32,000 bases of DNA, from the NCBI RefSeq assembly GCF_000341395.1, contig NC_020304.1:2310001-2342000 (forward strand). Reading direction: 5' to 3'. The notes beneath the pieces were generated by a model. It saw only the letters and a program-made list of their open reading frames with translations, made no database searches and was not told where the DNA came from. Below are positions 11,388 to 20,245 of this stretch, piece by piece. The DNA comes from Desulfocapsa sulfexigens DSM 10523 (GTDB taxonomy: Bacteria > Desulfobacterota > Desulfobulbia > Desulfobulbales > Desulfocapsaceae). A program made the translations under genes and the position numbers. How positions within the stretch are numbered: the stretch's first letter is position 1; the number at the start of each line of letters is the position of its first letter.

Positions 11388-11486
11388 TTTTTTTTGCTGA
11401 ATATCAGTTGTCTGAACAATTGCAATTTATCATAAAAGAATAATTTAAATATTAGCACTATAGAATTTTTAGAACTGGAGGTCGGT

Positions 11487-11672
11487 TTGGCTAAGAAATC
11501 TCTCATTGCGAAAGCAAAAAGAACGCCAAAATTTGCGGTAAGGAAATATAACAGATGTCCTCTTTGTGGACGTCCTAAGGCGTATATTCGAAAGTTCGGC
11601 ATGTGTCGTATCTGTTTTCGTAAATTAGCATCTAGTGGACAGGTTACCGGTGTAACCAAGTCATCTTGGTAA
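11487..11672 (+). CDS. rpsZ: 30S ribosomal protein S14, short zinc-binding type (S14 type Z)
   Basis: 61 aa. TTG start with GGAGG at 11477-11481. Conserved [10 protein letters not shown]-terminus, CPLCGRP...CRICFR and a C-terminal KSSW. Confidence 0.95.
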   Translation: MAKKSLIAKAKRTPKFAVRKYNRCPLCGRPKAYIRKFGMCRICFRKLASSGQVTGVTKSSW

Positions 11673-11721
11673 TCTGTATACCCACTGGATCAAAATATAA
11701 TTTTGACAAGGAGAGTTCGCG

Positions 11722-12120
11722 ATGTCTATGAGCGATCCCCTGGCAGATATGCTGACCAGGATTAGAAATGGAGTTAAGGCACGGTTTGATTCAGTCGAAA
11801 TGCCTTCTTCAAAAGCAAAAGTAAATATTGCAAAAGTTCTGCAAGATGAAGGGTATGTGACTGGTTATCAGGTTGATGACTCCGGGGTTCAAGGAACCTT
11901 GACCATCAATTTGAAATACGGTTCTGACCAGACACCAGTGATCACTGGTATTAAACGTGTCAGCAAGCCTGGTTTACGTAAATATGCAAGAGCCGGAGAG
12001 ATACCAACTGTACTCAATGGACTTGGAATTGCCATCCTTTCGAGCTCGAAAGGCGTTATTACTGATAAAACCGCAAGGGCCAGTAATGTAGGCGGTGAGA
12101 TTCTTTGCGAGGTCTGGTAA
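11722..12120 (+). CDS. rpsH: 30S ribosomal protein S8
   Basis: 132 aa. Motif MSMSDPLADMLTRIRNG and C-terminal GGEILCEVW. Confidence 0.96.
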   Translation: MSMSDPLADMLTRIRNGVKARFDSVEMPSSKAKVNIAKVLQDEGYVTGYQVDDSGVQGTLTINLKYGSDQTPVITGIKRVSKPGLRKYARAGEIPTVLNGLGIAILSSSKGVITDKTARASNVGGEILCEVW

Positions 12121-12144
12121 GGCCAGCAAATAACGGAGGTAATC

Positions 12145-12684
12145 ATGTCTCGTATTGGAAAACAGCCTGTTGTTGTCCCTGCTGATGTCAAAATTGACAT
12201 CAAAGGACAGAAAATAACAGTATCTGGAAAGAACGGAATTCTTGAACGTCAAATATTGCCGGAACTCGAGATCACCATGAAAGATCAGGAGATTATAGTT
12301 GAGAACCGAGATAACAGTAAAAGAACAAATGCCTTTCGTGGAATGACCAGAAGTCTTATTGATAATATGGTCACTGGAGTGAATGAAGGGTTCAAGAAAA
12401 TCCTTATCGTTGAAGGTGTTGGTTATAAGGTCAATATGTCTGGAAAAACCCTGACCTTAAATATTGGGTATTCTAATCCCGTTGAATTTCCTGTTCCAGA
12501 AGGAGTTCAGATCAATGTTGATGGTACCAACAAAATTGTTGTTGAATCCATTGATAAAGAATTGCTTGGTCTTACTTCAGCCAAAATTCGTGGTCTTCGT
12601 AAACCAGAACCCTATAAGGGAAAAGGTATTCGCTACGAAAATGAACATATTATACGAAAGGTTGGTAAGGCTGGAGCGAAGTAA
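12145..12684 (+). CDS. rplF: 50S ribosomal protein L6
   Basis: 179 aa. Motifs MSRIGKQPVVVP and PEPYKGKGIRY. Confidence 0.96.
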   Translation: MSRIGKQPVVVPADVKIDIKGQKITVSGKNGILERQILPELEITMKDQEIIVENRDNSKRTNAFRGMTRSLIDNMVTGVNEGFKKILIVEGVGYKVNMSGKTLTLNIGYSNPVEFPVPEGVQINVDGTNKIVVESIDKELLGLTSAKIRGLRKPEPYKGKGIRYENEHIIRKVGKAGAK

Positions 12685-12732
12685 ACTGGCAGTCATAAAT
12701 TTATGACTACTTCTCAAATAAGGTAAGGAAAA

Positions 12733-13098
12733 ATGGCTAAGACAGATCAAAAAACAAAAGCCAGGGCCAAACGTGTTCGTCGCATTCGAAAGAAAATCAC
12801 TGGAAGCAGTGAGCAACCGCGTCTCAGAGTCTTTAAGAGTAATAAACATATTTATGCTCAGATCATTGATGATTCTGAAGGAAAAACCCTTGTCTCAATG
12901 TCAACTATAGATAAGAATTTTCAAGGATCTGAAGGTGATGATAAAACCGCTAGTGCGAAAAAGGTAGGATTATTACTTGCTGAGGCAGCCAAAAATGCCG
13001 GGGTAAGTAAGGTTGTTTTTGATCGTGGTGGATATATTTATCACGGTCGGGTAAAATCACTTTCTGAAGGGGCCCGCGAAGGTGGGCTTCAATTTTAA
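12733..13098 (+). CDS. rplR: 50S ribosomal protein L18
   Basis: 121 aa. Motifs [19 protein letters not shown] and [24 protein letters not shown]. Confidence 0.95.
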   Translation: MAKTDQKTKARAKRVRRIRKKITGSSEQPRLRVFKSNKHIYAQIIDDSEGKTLVSMSTIDKNFQGSEGDDKTASAKKVGLLLAEAAKNAGVSKVVFDRGGYIYHGRVKSLSEGAREGGLQF

Positions 13099-13124
13099 AG
13101 ATATAAATTAAGGGGGGGTTTCCC

Positions 13125-13637
13125 TTGGCAGATTTTAAACATTCAAGGAACGAAAGTTCTGATGAATTTATTGAAAAAATTGTATTCATTAATCGTGTTG
13201 CCAAAGTTGTAAAAGGTGGACGTCGATTTAGTTTTAGTGCCATAGTCGTCGTGGGCGACGGCAAGGGTAAGATTGGATACGGACTTGGGAAAGCTAACCT
13301 CGTTCCAGAGGCTATTCGCAAAGGTGTTGAGAAGGCGAGAAAGGATATGACTTCTGTCTCTCTTACTGATATATCCATCCCTCATCAGGTTGTTGGACGA
13401 TATGGTGCCGGTAAAGTATTACTGAAACCAGCATCAGAAGGTACCGGAGTAATTGCAGGTGGTCCCGTTCGCGCAGTCCTTGAAGCTGTTGGTGTGCATA
13501 ACATATTAACCAAATGTCTCGGATCACATAATCCACACAACATGGTTAAGGCCACTCTGAATGGTTTGAAAAGTCTTCGCACTGCTAAGAAAATTGCAGA
13601 AATGCGTGGAAAAAGTGTAGACGAAATTCAGGCGTAG
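13125..13637 (+). CDS. rpsE: 30S ribosomal protein S5
   Basis: 170 aa. TTG start after a G-rich SD. Motif [36 protein letters not shown]. There is no in-frame ATG before the conserved core. Confidence 0.96.
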   Translation: MADFKHSRNESSDEFIEKIVFINRVAKVVKGGRRFSFSAIVVVGDGKGKIGYGLGKANLVPEAIRKGVEKARKDMTSVSLTDISIPHQVVGRYGAGKVLLKPASEGTGVIAGGPVRAVLEAVGVHNILTKCLGSHNPHNMVKATLNGLKSLRTAKKIAEMRGKSVDEIQA

Positions 13638-13649
13638 CGAGTAAACGAT

Positions 13650-13701
13650 AAGCATGATTTGAACGGGGGGTGAAATCCTTCCCAATAAATCATGCTTTTT
13701 T
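13650..13701 (+). terminator. Terminator/attenuator-like hairpin with T-run inside the spc operon (rpsE-rpmD spacer)
   Basis: AAGCATGATTT (13650-13660) pairs perfectly with AAATCATGCTT (13687-13697), an 11-bp stem. The 26-nt interior can form extra G:C pairs. TTTT follows immediately (13698-13701). Confidence 0.4.
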
Positions 13702-13730
13702 CTATTTAATATCGAGTAAAAGGTAGTCTA

Positions 13731-13913
13731 ATGTCCGATACAATCACATTCACTTTAGTCAAGAGCGGGATCGGCAGTACTGAAAAGATTCGTGCAACTC
13801 TTACAGGTCTTGGACTGACAAAAATGCAGAAACGTGTAACCCGCAAAAACACCCCTGAAATAAAGGGTATGCTTGCAAAAGTTGCACACCTTGTCCGTGT
13901 CGAGGAGGCGTAA
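13731..13913 (+). CDS. rpmD: 50S ribosomal protein L30
   Basis: 60 aa. L30-like segments ITFTLVKSGIG...IRATLTGLGLTK. Canonical position before rplO. Confidence 0.93.
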   Translation: MSDTITFTLVKSGIGSTEKIRATLTGLGLTKMQKRVTRKNTPEIKGMLAKVAHLVRVEEA

Positions 13914-13914
13914 A

Positions 13915-14364
13915 ATGATAAATTTAGGAAATCTTTCCCCGAACAAGGGAGCCAACAGGCAGAGAAAACGTCTTGGTCGTGGACCAGGAACAGGCCACGG
14001 AAAAACAGCAGGACGTGGACATAAGGGGTTTAAATCTCGGTCAGGTTCAGGTGTTAAACCAGGCTTTGAGGGCGGGCAGATGCCATTACAGCGTCGGCTC
14101 CCTAAACGTGGTTTTACAAATATCAATACTGTTAAATTTTCAATAATATCTCTAAGTCAACTGGAAAAATTTGATTTTGATGGTGAAATTACTACGGCAA
14201 CACTTGTAGAACATGGTTTTGCTCGCAGTGGACGTCCAGTTAAAATATTAGCGAACGGTGATATAAACAAAGCAATTACCGTCGCAGTTGAAAAGGTTAG
14301 CGGCGGAGCAAAGGCAAAAATTGAAGCAGCCGGCGGCAAAGTTGTGGTAACTGAGATTAAGTAA
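13915..14364 (+). CDS. rplO: 50S ribosomal protein L15
   Basis: Motif MINLGNLSPNKGANRQRKRLGRGPGTGHGKTAGRGHKG. ATG 13915 lies 1 nt after the rpmD stop. The ORF-track start at 13873 would overlap rpmD and adds a non-conserved extension. Confidence 0.95.
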   Translation: MINLGNLSPNKGANRQRKRLGRGPGTGHGKTAGRGHKGFKSRSGSGVKPGFEGGQMPLQRRLPKRGFTNINTVKFSIISLSQLEKFDFDGEITTATLVEHGFARSGRPVKILANGDINKAITVAVEKVSGGAKAKIEAAGGKVVVTEIK

Positions 14365-14423
14365 ATAAGCGGAAAATAATTTATTGAAGCTCAGTGTTAC
14401 CAGCTTCTGTATGGAAATATATT

Positions 14424-15719
14424 ATGAGTGGACTGCAGAACGCTACGAAATCTTCTGATTTAAGAAAGCGTATTATTTTTACACTGTTAATGCTGGCAGT
14501 CTACAGGATGGGTGTGCAAGTGCCAACTCCTGGTATTAATGGAGAGGCACTTGCTGCATTTTTTGCCAAAAATGCTGGGACACTTTTTGGAATGTTTAAC
14601 ATGTTTTCCGGTGGTGCATTGGAGAATTTCTCCATCTTTGCACTTGGAATCATGCCGTACATTTCAGCCTCTATTATTATACAGCTACTTACCGTTGTGA
14701 TTCCCCAGCTAGAGACTCTTAAGAAAGAGGGTGCGTCTGGACAGAGAAAAATTACGCAGTATACACGGTATGGTACCGTTGGTCTGAGTATTATACAGGG
14801 TACTTTCATTGCTACTGGATTGCAGAGCATGGTTGGTCCCGGTGGCGAACCCATTGTTTTGAATTCAGGGACTCCTTTTATCCTTATGACCATGCTTACT
14901 CTGACAGCTGGTACATCATTTATTATGTGGCTCGGTGAACAGATGACTGAGCGTGGAATAGGAAACGGGATCTCACTGATTATATTTGCAGGTATTGTTG
15001 CTCGCGGTCCCGCTGCACTTGTGAATTCATTTCAATTAATTAAAGCTGGTGAGATAACGCTCTTTTTTGTCCCTCTGATTATCGCATTTATGGTTGGAGT
15101 AGTTGCTATTATCGTATTCTTTGAAACTGCTCAACGTAGAATCCCAATCCAATACGCAAAGCGGGTAGTTGGAAGAAAGGTTTATGGTGGTCAGAGTTCT
15201 CATTTACCACTTAAAATAAACATATCTGGTGTAATTCCACCAATTTTTGCATCATCAATTATGATGTTTCCTGCTACCATTGGTGGTTTTGTTCAGGTTG
15301 AGTGGGTTCAGAAGGCATCAGCTGCAATGGCTCCTGGAAGTTTCTATTATTACATACTCTATATTGCGATGATAGTTTTCTTTTGCTTTTTTTACACAGC
15401 CGTAACTTTTAAACCAGATGATGTTGCAGAGAACTTGAAAAAGAATGGTGGGTTTGTGCCCGGCATACGTCCTGGCAGAAAAACTGCTGATTTTATTGAT
15501 AAAGTGTTAACACGTTTAACTGTGGTTGGTGCAATTTACCTCAGTGCAGTTTGTGTATTACCTACTATTCTTATTTCGAAATTTAACTTACCGTTTTATT
15601 TTGGTGGTACGGCTCTATTGATCATAGTTGGTGTTGCCATTGATACTGTCTCTCAGGTTCAGTCCCAGATGGTGATGACGAACTACGAAGGCTTTATGAA
15701 ATCCGGTGGTAAAAAATAA
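14424..15719 (+). CDS. secY: Preprotein translocase subunit SecY
   Basis: About 431 aa and polytopic. Motifs LGIMPYISASIIIQLL and GISLIIFAGI. ATG 14424 is preferred over the ORF-track GTG 14394. Start uncertain. Confidence 0.94.
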   Translation: MSGLQNATKSSDLRKRIIFTLLMLAVYRMGVQVPTPGINGEALAAFFAKNAGTLFGMFNMFSGGALENFSIFALGIMPYISASIIIQLLTVVIPQLETLKKEGASGQRKITQYTRYGTVGLSIIQGTFIATGLQSMVGPGGEPIVLNSGTPFILMTMLTLTAGTSFIMWLGEQMTERGIGNGISLIIFAGIVARGPAALVNSFQLIKAGEITLFFVPLIIAFMVGVVAIIVFFETAQRRIPIQYAKRVVGRKVYGGQSSHLPLKINISGVIPPIFASSIMMFPATIGGFVQVEWVQKASAAMAPGSFYYYILYIAMIVFFCFFYTAVTFKPDDVAENLKKNGGFVPGIRPGRKTADFIDKVLTRLTVVGAIYLSAVCVLPTILISKFNLPFYFGGTALLIIVGVAIDTVSQVQSQMVMTNYEGFMKSGGKK

Positions 15720-15729
15720 ACGGTAAATT

Positions 15730-16533
15730 GTGAGCAGTAGTTCAAGTGGACAGCAGGCTTCAAAGCCAATTTTGGTTAAAACCCCTGATGAGATTCAACT
15801 CATGCAGGATGCTAACCAGATAGTTGCTGAAGTGCTTTGTTTGATGCAAAAAACAGCATCACCTGGTATTAGCACTTATGAATTAGATAGAATGGCCGAG
15901 GATTTGTGCCGTAAACGTAATTCTATTCCTGCCTTTAAGGGATACCACGGATTTCCAGCTAGTCTATGTGTTTCTATAAATGAAGAAGTTGTTCATGGAA
16001 TTCCATCTCGTAAGCGGAAGTTGAAAAAAGGTGATATTCTGTCAGTTGATTTTGGGGTGCGTTATAAAGGTTTTTTTGGCGATTCAGCTGTAACCATCCC
16101 AATAGGGAAAGTTAAACCTGAAATTAATGAATTGGTTTTTGCTACTCAACAGTCTCTAGAGCTGGCAATTGAGCAAGTTATAATTGGAAACAGGATCTCA
16201 GATATCTCTAAAGCTGTTCAGAGTTATGTTGAATCAAAGGGATACTCTGTTGTTCGCCAGTTTGTAGGGCACGGAATTGGAAGCTCGCTCCATGAGGGGC
16301 CTGAGATTCCTAACTATGTTCAAAGAGGTCAGTCTCCACGACTTGTTGAAGGCATGGTAATTGCCATTGAACCAATGGTTAACCTTGGAACGCACAGAGT
16401 TAAAGTACTTCGGGATGGGTGGACTGTTATTACAGCCGATAAAAAACCATCTGCTCATTTTGAGCATTCTGTAGCTGTTACCGCTGATGGGCCCCTGGTC
16501 CTCAGCAATAGAGACAATTTTTCGGGTCATTAA
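15730..16533 (+). CDS. map: Methionine aminopeptidase, type I
   Basis: 267 aa. GTG start. Motifs GYHGFPASLCVSINEEVVHGIP, DFGV..KGFFGDSA, VGHGIG..LHEGP and FEHSVAVT. Confidence 0.95.
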   Translation: MSSSSSGQQASKPILVKTPDEIQLMQDANQIVAEVLCLMQKTASPGISTYELDRMAEDLCRKRNSIPAFKGYHGFPASLCVSINEEVVHGIPSRKRKLKKGDILSVDFGVRYKGFFGDSAVTIPIGKVKPEINELVFATQQSLELAIEQVIIGNRISDISKAVQSYVESKGYSVVRQFVGHGIGSSLHEGPEIPNYVQRGQSPRLVEGMVIAIEPMVNLGTHRVKVLRDGWTVITADKKPSAHFEHSVAVTADGPLVLSNRDNFSGH

Positions 16534-16614
16534 TAAAAACCTTCTCTTTTGTGGGTGGATAGTTTATTATAGTCCCTTTTTCGATCGGTTTGTGTTCGTT
16601 TTAGGAGTGTATTT

Positions 16615-16851
16615 ATGGCCAAAGAAGAAGCCATTGAAGTAGAAGGTACCATTATAGAACCTCTTCCAAATGCTATGTTTCGCGTGGAATTGGACAATGG
16701 TCACAAAGTTCTTGCTCATATTTCCGGTAAGATGCGGATGCATTTCATTAAGATTTTACCCGGAGATCGTGTTACCATAGAACTTTCCCCTTATGATCTT
16801 ACAAGGGGGAGGGTTACATTTCGGGCAAAGAACAATAAAAAGAAAAAATAA
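16615..16851 (+). CDS. infA: Translation initiation factor IF-1
   Basis: 78 aa. Motif [46 protein letters not shown]. Short Lys-rich C-terminal tail. Confidence 0.96.
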   Translation: MAKEEAIEVEGTIIEPLPNAMFRVELDNGHKVLAHISGKMRMHFIKILPGDRVTIELSPYDLTRGRVTFRAKNNKKKK

Positions 16852-16863
16852 GAGAGTTGTCAC

Positions 16864-16977
16864 ATGAAAGTCAGGTCCTCTGTAAAAAAAATGTGTAGTG
16901 AGTGTAAAGTATTTAAACGCAAAGGCGTGGTCCGGGTCAGCTGTAAAGTTAAAAAGCATAAACAGCGTCAGGGATAA
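16864..16977 (+). CDS. rpmJ: 50S ribosomal protein L36 (zinc-binding form)
   Basis: Not in the ORF track because it is too short. My manual translation is [37 protein letters not shown] (37 aa). It has the C-x2-C-x12-C-x4-H signature and the canonical infA-rpmJ-rpsM position. Confidence 0.9.
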   Translation: MKVRSSVKKMCSECKVFKRKGVVRVSCKVKKHKQRQG

Positions 16978-17038
16978 ACATCTCATATTGAGACAGGCAA
17001 TATAGAAAATTGTCACTTTATTTAAAGGAGTACGTATT

Positions 17039-17401
17039 TTGGCACGTATAGCGGGAGTCGATCTTCCAAAAAACAAACATATGGATCGCGCACTAACATA
17101 TATCCATGGTATTGGCCTTACATCAGCCAGGGTAATACTTGATAAAGCCGATTTACCACACACTATGAATAGTGATGATCTTGGTGGAGAGGATGTTACT
17201 CGTATCCGAAAAATTATAGAATCTGAATTTACTGTCGAAGGTGACAGGCGTCGTCAAGTGTCTATGGATATAAAACGACTTACTGACCTTGGCTGTTATC
17301 GCGGTCGTCGCCATCGGATGGGTCTTCCATGTCGCGGGCAAAAGACTAAAACAAATGCCAGGACAAGAAAAGGGCCACGTCGTGGTGCTGGCCGTAAATA
17401 A
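17039..17401 (+). CDS. rpsM: 30S ribosomal protein S13
   Basis: 120 aa. TTG start with GGAG at 17027-17030. Conserved [11 protein letters not shown]-terminus, then LTYIHGIG. Confidence 0.96.
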   Translation: MARIAGVDLPKNKHMDRALTYIHGIGLTSARVILDKADLPHTMNSDDLGGEDVTRIRKIIESEFTVEGDRRRQVSMDIKRLTDLGCYRGRRHRMGLPCRGQKTKTNARTRKGPRRGAGRK

Positions 17402-17423
17402 TATATTGAAACAGGTGTGAATT

Positions 17424-17819
17424 ATGGCTGCAGCAAAACGTGCAGGAGTAAATAAAAAAAGAGTAAAGAAGAACATTCCTGAAGGAATCGTTTTTATTTA
17501 TTCTACTTTTAACAATACCATTGTTACTATTTCTGACAAACAGGGAAATGTTATTTCCTGGTGTTCATCGGGAGTATTAGGGTTTAAAGGATCTCGTAAA
17601 TCGACTCCATTTGCAGCTCAGAAAGCAATGGCTGAAGCAGCAGAAAAGGCAGCTGAACATGGATTGAGGAAAATAGAAGTCCGTGTAAAGGGACCTGGTC
17701 CTGGCCGAGAGGCAGCCTTGAGGGCATTGATAAATACACGATTTGAAGTAAGTAAGATTGTTGATGTGACTCCCGTCCCTCATAATGGATGCAAGCCGCC
17801 CAAACGTCGTCGTGTCTAA
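17424..17819 (+). CDS. rpsK: 30S ribosomal protein S11
   Basis: 131 aa. Motifs [34 protein letters not shown] and a C-terminal KPPKRRRV. Confidence 0.96.
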   Translation: MAAAKRAGVNKKRVKKNIPEGIVFIYSTFNNTIVTISDKQGNVISWCSSGVLGFKGSRKSTPFAAQKAMAEAAEKAAEHGLRKIEVRVKGPGPGREAALRALINTRFEVSKIVDVTPVPHNGCKPPKRRRV

Positions 17820-17983
17820 TAAACTAGTTATAACGAAAGTTTGTTGACCCCAAACGGGGTAGGAGTACCTTGGTACTTGATATTTAAATTATTATTTAAA
17901 GTTTCTCCTTTAAATTACTTGGATATTCAAAAATATTTTAAGGGTTTGAAACAAAAAATATATTATCTTAATCGGAGAAAAAA

Positions 17984-18613
17984 GTGGCTAGATATACAGG
18001 AGCTGCCTGTCGTCGTTGTAGACGTGAAAATATAAAATTATATCTCAAGGGTGATCGCTGTTATTCAGACAAGTGTTCCTTCGAGAGAAGAGCTGTTGCG
18101 CCCGGTCAGCATGGTCAATCCCGCTTTAAGAAGGTTTCAGACTACTGTGTTCAGCTGAGAGAAAAACAGAAAGTAAAAAATATCTATGGCATGCTCGAAG
18201 GCCAGTTTCGCAACTACTTTCATAAGGCGGATCTGCAAAAGGGTATAACCGGTGAAAATCTGCTTGTCATGCTGGAGCGTCGTCTGGATAATACCATTTT
18301 TCGTCTCGGTTTTGCTTCTTCAAGAAAACAGGCCAGACAGCTTGTTCGTCATAATCACGTGTTGGTAAATGATAAAAAGGTTAACATACCTTCATTCCTG
18401 GTTTCCGTTGATGACGTAATAAGTATAAAAGAAAAGAGTAAGACCAATTCGTATCTTGTTGAAAGCATGGAAGCTGTCGCCAGACGTGGGATTCCATCAT
18501 GGCTGGAGCTTGATAAAAACGCATTCAAAGCTACGGTTAAGGCTCTGCCTAATCGCGATGAGATTACCATGCCGATTCAGGAACAGTTGATTGTAGAGTT
18601 GTACTCTAAATAA
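17984..18613 (+). CDS. rpsD: 30S ribosomal protein S4 (Cys4 zinc-finger form)
   Basis: 209 aa. GTG start. N-terminus [31 protein letters not shown] (Cys 9, 12, 26, 31). S4 RNA-binding domain segment [23 protein letters not shown]. Confidence 0.96.
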   Translation: MARYTGAACRRCRRENIKLYLKGDRCYSDKCSFERRAVAPGQHGQSRFKKVSDYCVQLREKQKVKNIYGMLEGQFRNYFHKADLQKGITGENLLVMLERRLDNTIFRLGFASSRKQARQLVRHNHVLVNDKKVNIPSFLVSVDDVISIKEKSKTNSYLVESMEAVARRGIPSWLELDKNAFKATVKALPNRDEITMPIQEQLIVELYSK

Positions 18614-18669
18614 TCATTCTAAATACTCTGTTTCGGTAATCATATTGCAAACAAGAAGGTAGGAAACAT

Positions 18670-19719
18670 ATGACTGGAACTTCTGAAGATACACTCCCTA
18701 TTTATCGCAACTGGCATGAACTTATTCACTCAGAGCCAATTGAGGTAGATAAGGCTAAGCATACAAATACCTATGGAAAGTTTGTTTGCCAACCCCTTGA
18801 ACGAGGGTTTGCTACAACGATAGGTAATTCATTAAGGCGCATATTGCTGTCATCCATTCAGGGAGTAGCAATTACAAGTGTAAAAATTGATGGCGCTCTT
18901 CATGAATTTACCTCCATGGAAGACGTAAAAGAAGATGTTAGTGAGATTGTAATAAATCTCAAGCAGGTACGTCTTCAATTAAATTCCGATGAAAGCCAGA
19001 CGGTTGTCATTGAGAAAAAAGGCCCTGGTGAAGTAACTGCTGCTGATATTGTAGGAAACGGGATCGTTGAAGTTATGAATGAGGACCAGGTGATTTGTAC
19101 TCTCACCGGGGACAATGAATTCAGGGCGGAACTGACCGTTGAATGGGGTAAGGGGTATCAACCTGCCGAAAAACAATCTAAGGATGAACTTGCCATTGGT
19201 CAGATTCCTATAGATGCTATTTTTACTCCTATACGTCAGATTCAATATTCTGTGTCAAATGCCCGTGTCGGTCAACAGACTGACTATGATAAACTTACTA
19301 TTGAAGTCGAAACCGATGGCAGTTTGAAACCTGAGAATGCGTTGGCTTTTGCCGCCAAGATTCTTAAAGAGCAACTATCACCATTTATTAATTTTGATGA
19401 GGCTGAGGTTGAGCCTGAAACAAATGAAGAAGATAGTCGTAAGGTTGTGCCATTGAATCCTAATTTAGACAAACCAGTTGAAGATCTTGAACTCTCTGTT
19501 CGCTCAGCTAATTGTCTGAAAAATGCAGATATAAATTTTATTGGTGAACTCACTCAAAAATCCGACCAGGAGATGTTGAAGACCAAAAACTTCGGTCGTA
19601 AATCGTTGAATGAAATAAAGGCACTTCTAACTGAAATGGATTTAACTCTTGGGATGAAAGTTGACAACTGGACCCCACCAGAAGTTACTGAAGACAGTGA
19701 CGATAATACAGAGTTATAG
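18670..19719 (+). CDS. rpoA: DNA-directed RNA polymerase alpha subunit
   Basis: 349 aa. NTD segment [32 protein letters not shown] segment [45 protein letters not shown]. Confidence 0.96.
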   Translation: MTGTSEDTLPIYRNWHELIHSEPIEVDKAKHTNTYGKFVCQPLERGFATTIGNSLRRILLSSIQGVAITSVKIDGALHEFTSMEDVKEDVSEIVINLKQVRLQLNSDESQTVVIEKKGPGEVTAADIVGNGIVEVMNEDQVICTLTGDNEFRAELTVEWGKGYQPAEKQSKDELAIGQIPIDAIFTPIRQIQYSVSNARVGQQTDYDKLTIEVETDGSLKPENALAFAAKILKEQLSPFINFDEAEVEPETNEEDSRKVVPLNPNLDKPVEDLELSVRSANCLKNADINFIGELTQKSDQEMLKTKNFGRKSLNEIKALLTEMDLTLGMKVDNWTPPEVTEDSDDNTEL

Positions 19720-19776
19720 AGAAGTTATTAATATTGATCAGGACCTGATTAGAGGGATTGAGCAGAGGATAGAATT

Positions 19777-20163
19777 ATGAGACATAGAAAAACTGGAAGA
19801 AGACTAGGTCGTACTACTTCACACAGATTGGCAATGGTACGAAACATGGTAACTTCTGTTTTTGAACACGAACGTATTGTTACGACTACTCCTAAAGCCA
19901 AAGAAGTTAGAAAGGTCGTAGATAAAATGATTACTTTAGCCAAACGTGGTGATCTTCATGCCAAACGACAGGCTTTTAGTTTTATTCAGTCTCGTGACGT
20001 AGTTGCAAAGTTATTCGATGAAATCGCAGGCCAATATTCTGACAGAAATGGTGGATACACTCGCATCATCCAGACTGGTCACAGACGAGGCGATGCTGCC
20101 CCCATGGCAATACTCGAACTTGTCAATTATTCAGAAGAGATTGGTGAAGAGAACGATAATTAA
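19777..20163 (+). CDS. rplQ: 50S ribosomal protein L17
   Basis: 128 aa. Motifs [24 protein letters not shown]...HERIVTT.PKAKE.R and GGYTRI. Confidence 0.96.
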   Translation: MRHRKTGRRLGRTTSHRLAMVRNMVTSVFEHERIVTTTPKAKEVRKVVDKMITLAKRGDLHAKRQAFSFIQSRDVVAKLFDEIAGQYSDRNGGYTRIIQTGHRRGDAAPMAILELVNYSEEIGEENDN

Positions 20164-20190
20164 TCCGTCTCTCTTCTCGTGATTTTTTCC

Positions 20191-20228
20191 AGGCTGATAT
20201 GAATTTTTTCATATCAGCCTTTTTTTTT
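20191..20228 (+). terminator. Rho-independent terminator of the alpha operon
   Basis: Perfect 13-bp stem AGGCTGATATGAA (20191-20203) / TTCATATCAGCCT (20208-20220). Loop TTTT. Followed by a T-run through 20228. Confidence 0.8.
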
Positions 20229-20245
20229 ATGCTCATCAAAGTCTC

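Noticed and set aside
13873-13914. ORF-track N-terminal extensions: rplO from 13873, secY from 14394, tsf from 22347, uppS from 24399, rplX from 10471, rpsQ from 9726, pyrH from 23030.
   Set aside because: The extensions are non-conserved, some overlap the upstream gene, and internal ATGs with better SD spacing reproduce the conserved N-termini.
16542-16570. A possible internal promoter for infA (TTCTCT-17 nt-TATTAT).
   Set aside because: The -10 is good, but the -35 matches only 3 of 6 positions. That is too weak to annotate in AT-rich DNA.
17841-18035. A 64-aa TTG-initiated ORF in the rpsK-rpsD spacer.
   Set aside because: It runs into rpsD out of frame, has no SD, and has a hydrophobic AT-rich composition consistent with noise.
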